Below are positions 34,505 through 36,461 of a DNA stretch of 36,461 nt, piece after piece. Origin of the DNA: Opitutia bacterium (GTDB taxonomy: Bacteria > Verrucomicrobiota > Verrucomicrobiia > Opitutales > UBA953); assembly GCA_037129735.1 (NCBI GenBank), contig JBAXUJ010000001.1, positions 1 to 36,461 of the forward strand, in the 5' to 3' direction. The notes under the pieces are model-generated. The model made no database searches. It had not been told where the DNA came from and saw only the letters and a program-made list of their open reading frames with translations. Made by a program: the position numbers and the translations under genes. Position 1 is the first letter of the stretch, and each line of letters opens with the position of its first letter.

Positions 34505-35440
34505 CTATCTACCTAAATTTTGACGAAAGTACGCCAACGATTTTTCCAGGCCTTCACGGAGTTGAATTTTGGGTTCCCAGTGATTTAAAAGTTCTTTTGC
34601 CTTATCGATATTGGGGCAGCGTTGCTTGGGGTCATCCACGGGCAGGGGATTGAACACGATGGGTAGTTTGGATCCGACCAGCGCTTGGACTTTTTCGGCG
34701 AGTTCGAGCATGGTGAACTCATTGGGATTACCGAGATTGATGGGTCCTGGATTAGAGGGCAGGGCGAGTACACGAACAAATCCCTCAATAAGATCGTCCA
34801 CATAGCAGAAGGAGCGGGTTTGTTGTCCGGTTCCATACACGGTGAGTGCCTGGCCTTTCAGCGCCTGTAGGATGAAATTCGTCACTACGCGTCCATCATC
34901 ATCACGCATGTAAGGTCCGTAGGTGTTAAAGATGCGAACTAGACGTGCATCCACTCGCCCTAACCGCTGGAAGTCGGCACACAGGGTCTCGGCGGCACGT
35001 TTACCTTCGTCGTAACAAGCCCGAGGCCCGATTGGATTTACATTTCCGACATAGTTTTCTGACTGAGGGTGAACGAGGGGGTCGCCGTAAATTTCTGAGG
35101 TCGAAGCCTGCAGCAGACGGGCCTTATAGCGCTCCGCATTATCGAGCGCATTAAGCATGCCTAATACAGAAATACGCAGCGTATAAACGGGGTCGCGTTG
35201 ATAATGAGGTGGTGACGCCGGGCAGGCTAAATTACAAAGCACATCACACGAAATATCATAGGGGTTAACCACGTCATGTTCAATGAAGCTAAACCGTGGA
35301 TTCTTTTGTAATAAAGCGATGTTCGATTTGCTACCGGAGTGAAAGTTGTCGAGTCCAATGACCTCGTGTCCGTCAGACAGTAAGCGTAATGCTAGATTGG
35401 TACCTAAAAACCCTGCCGCTCCAGTGATGAGGTACTTCAT
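34505..35440 (-). CDS. UDP-glucuronate decarboxylase (UDP-xylose synthase, UXS-like SDR)
   Basis: 311 aa. ITGAAGFLGTNLALRLLSDGHEVIGLDNFHSGSKSNI, STSEIYGDP, CYDEGKRAAETL (UXS-type YxxxK context), RIFNTYGP. Confidence 0.85.
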   Translation of the reverse strand: MKYLITGAAGFLGTNLALRLLSDGHEVIGLDNFHSGSKSNIALLQKNPRFSFIEHDVVNPYDISCDVLCNLACPASPPHYQRDPVYTLRISVLGMLNALDNAERYKARLLQASTSEIYGDPLVHPQSENYVGNVNPIGPRACYDEGKRAAETLCADFQRLGRVDARLVRIFNTYGPYMRDDDGRVVTNFILQALKGQALTVYGTGQQTRSFCYVDDLIEGFVRVLALPSNPGPINLGNPNEFTMLELAEKVQALVGSKLPIVFNPLPVDDPKQRCPNIDKAKELLNHWEPKIQLREGLEKSLAYFRQNLGR

Positions 35441-35476
35441 GTGTGTTATTCTGTTAAAATAGTTATTATAGCCAAG

Positions 35477-36082
35477 TTACTTAGCGTCACCCTCAAACTC
35501 TTCCATGGTAGCTGCCTTACTTGAATTAATATTGCTACGATTTAGGACGACAAAAAAAGTTCTTACGACGATTTTAAGATCCAACCAAAAGCTACTGTTA
35601 TCGATGTATGAAACATCGAGCGCAAATTTCTCATCCCAACTGATGGCGTTGCGGCCATTGATTTGGGCTAAACCCGTGACGCCTGGTTTCATTTCCATGC
35701 GTCGCGCCTGAAATTTATTATAGCGTGGTAAATAGCGCATCATTAAAGGGCGTGGGCCGACGACGCTCATATCTCCGATGAGCACATTCCACATTTCGGG
35801 AAATTCATCGAGCGTGGTGGATCGCAAAAATTTGCCAAAGGTGGTCAGGCGTACTTCGTCAGACAGTAGATTTCCTGCTTCGTCTCTGGCATCTGTCATG
35901 GTTCGGAATTTTACCATACGAAAGGGCTTCGCGTCTTTACCGGGGCGCTCTTGAATAAAGAAAATGGGTGAGCCGAGTTTAATCCGTACTAAAACTCCAA
36001 CGACGATTAAGAGTGGCGAAAACCCGATGAGCCAAGCCAGCGAAAAAATAATATCGAAGGCTCTTTTGAAAAAATGATACAT
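35477..36082 (-). CDS. Small monotopic phosphoglycosyl transferase (PglC/EpsL-type bacterial sugar transferase), initiating enzyme
   Basis: 201 aa. KRAFDIIFSLAWLIGFSPLLIVVGVLVRIKLGSPIFFIQERPGKDAKPFRMVKFRTM, DEFPEMWNVLIGDMSVVGPRP, KPGVTGLAQINGRN. Confidence 0.92.
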   Translation of the reverse strand: MYHFFKRAFDIIFSLAWLIGFSPLLIVVGVLVRIKLGSPIFFIQERPGKDAKPFRMVKFRTMTDARDEAGNLLSDEVRLTTFGKFLRSTTLDEFPEMWNVLIGDMSVVGPRPLMMRYLPRYNKFQARRMEMKPGVTGLAQINGRNAISWDEKFALDVSYIDNSSFWLDLKIVVRTFFVVLNRSNINSSKAATMEEFEGDAK

Positions 36083-36161
36083 TGGGGTAGTGGTGCACTA
36101 ATTTTAGATTTAATAAGGGTAGAGCAACACCTATATATAACCCTAGAGTAAAAAGAAATTA

Positions 36162-36461
36162 CTAGAGATTTATTTCACTGATTTCTAGGGCCTTCAATTC
36201 AACCGCATTTTCAAACTGAACCTTAAATTCTACTTGTTCGGCCCAAGCGGGAGATGAGACAATCAGCGATCCAGTGGATTCATCGACAAGCTGTGATCGA
36301 GTAAGGCTGCGTTCATTCCCGGTTGAGTCGTGGCCCTGGGCGTCACGACCTTTGAAAGTCGCTAATAACATTATTTTCCCGCCTACGGGGTTATGGGTTA
36401 GGCTAAACTTTAATAATTTTTTCGCACTGGTGGTTTCAGTATGACGTAAGATGCCACTTTG
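36162..36461 (-). CDS. Hypothetical protein, 5'-partial (frame open to the window edge)
   Basis: The track lists 36162..36371 from the first Met. I translated the 90 nt upstream on the minus strand (QSGILRHTETTSAKKLLKFSLTHNPVGGKI-MLL...) and found no in-frame stop up to base 36461, so this is probably the C-terminus of a larger protein. No recognisable family. Confidence 0.4.
   Translation of the reverse strand, partial: QSGILRHTETTSAKKLLKFSLTHNPVGGKIMLLATFKGRDAQGHDSTGNERSLTRSQLVDESTGSLIVSSPAWAEQVEFKVQFENAVELKALEISEINL

Noticed and set aside
33300-35440. Possible Ara4N (Arn) pathway: Ugd plus ArnB-like aminotransferase, ArnC-like GT2, ArnT-like GT-C and an ArnA-like decarboxylase.
   Set aside because: The decarboxylase has the UXS-type YDEGKRAAETL context and no formyltransferase domain. 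The aminotransferase N-terminus resembles PglE/EpsN rather than ArnB. The parts are scattered over 30 kb. This reading is kept only as an alternative to test.
36083-36161. Possible promoter for the PGT gene, with a direct CTAGAG repeat, in the 79-nt gap.
   Set aside because: I could not find -35/-10-like hexamers with acceptable spacing. The 6-nt repeat is too short to be meaningful. The PGT may simply be co-transcribed with the upstream partial ORF.
1-36461. Search for CRISPR repeats, IS or transposase and integrase genes, tRNA or rRNA, toxin-antitoxin or defence-type genes.
   Set aside because: I noticed no regularly spaced direct repeats, no transposase- or recombinase-like translations in the ORF track, and no intergenic space large enough for structured RNA genes other than the terminator hairpin. 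An exhaustive repeat search was not possible by eye.

Overview
This window is almost entirely coding; by my tally only about 600 nt of 36.5 kb is intergenic. It is one very large surface-polysaccharide (O-antigen/EPS-type, Wzx/Wzy-dependent) biosynthesis locus. Thirty-one co-directional plus-strand genes (36..34427), many with overlapping stop/start codons, converge at a clean bidirectional hairpin terminator (34450..34474). Three minus-strand genes lie beyond it: a UDP-xylose-synthase-like gene, a small PglC-type initiating phosphoglycosyl transferase, and an ORF that stays open to the window edge.

The recognisable modules are:
1. UDP-GlcA/UDP-Xyl supply, from a eukaryote-type UGDH plus a UXS-like enzyme.
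2. A CMP-nonulosonate/ulosonate branch with unusual fusions: cytidylyltransferase::HAD and NeuB::SAF::cupin.
3. Wzx, a Wzy-like protein, four or five GT-B glycosyltransferases, WecB and an O-acetyltransferase.
4. A GtrB-like GT2 followed by a GtrA::GT-C fusion.
5. A carrier-protein-dependent acyl cassette (ACP, SDR, AMP-ligase, KAS III, ACP, NeuD/PglD-type acyltransferase), flanked by a FemAB-like protein and an orphan EpsI-like (exosortase-associated family) protein.
6. A complete mycobacterial-type polyprenyl-phospho-arabinofuranose (DPA-like) pathway: HAD::UbiA, DprE1-like, DprE2-like, GtrA and a small polytopic putative transferase.
7. A bacillosamine-type aminotransferase.

Two heparinase II/III-fold proteins also sit inside the biosynthetic operon. 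I saw no rRNA, tRNA, CRISPR array, transposase or integrase. All functional calls rest on motifs read by eye from the supplied translations and on remembered family signatures. No database search was run.
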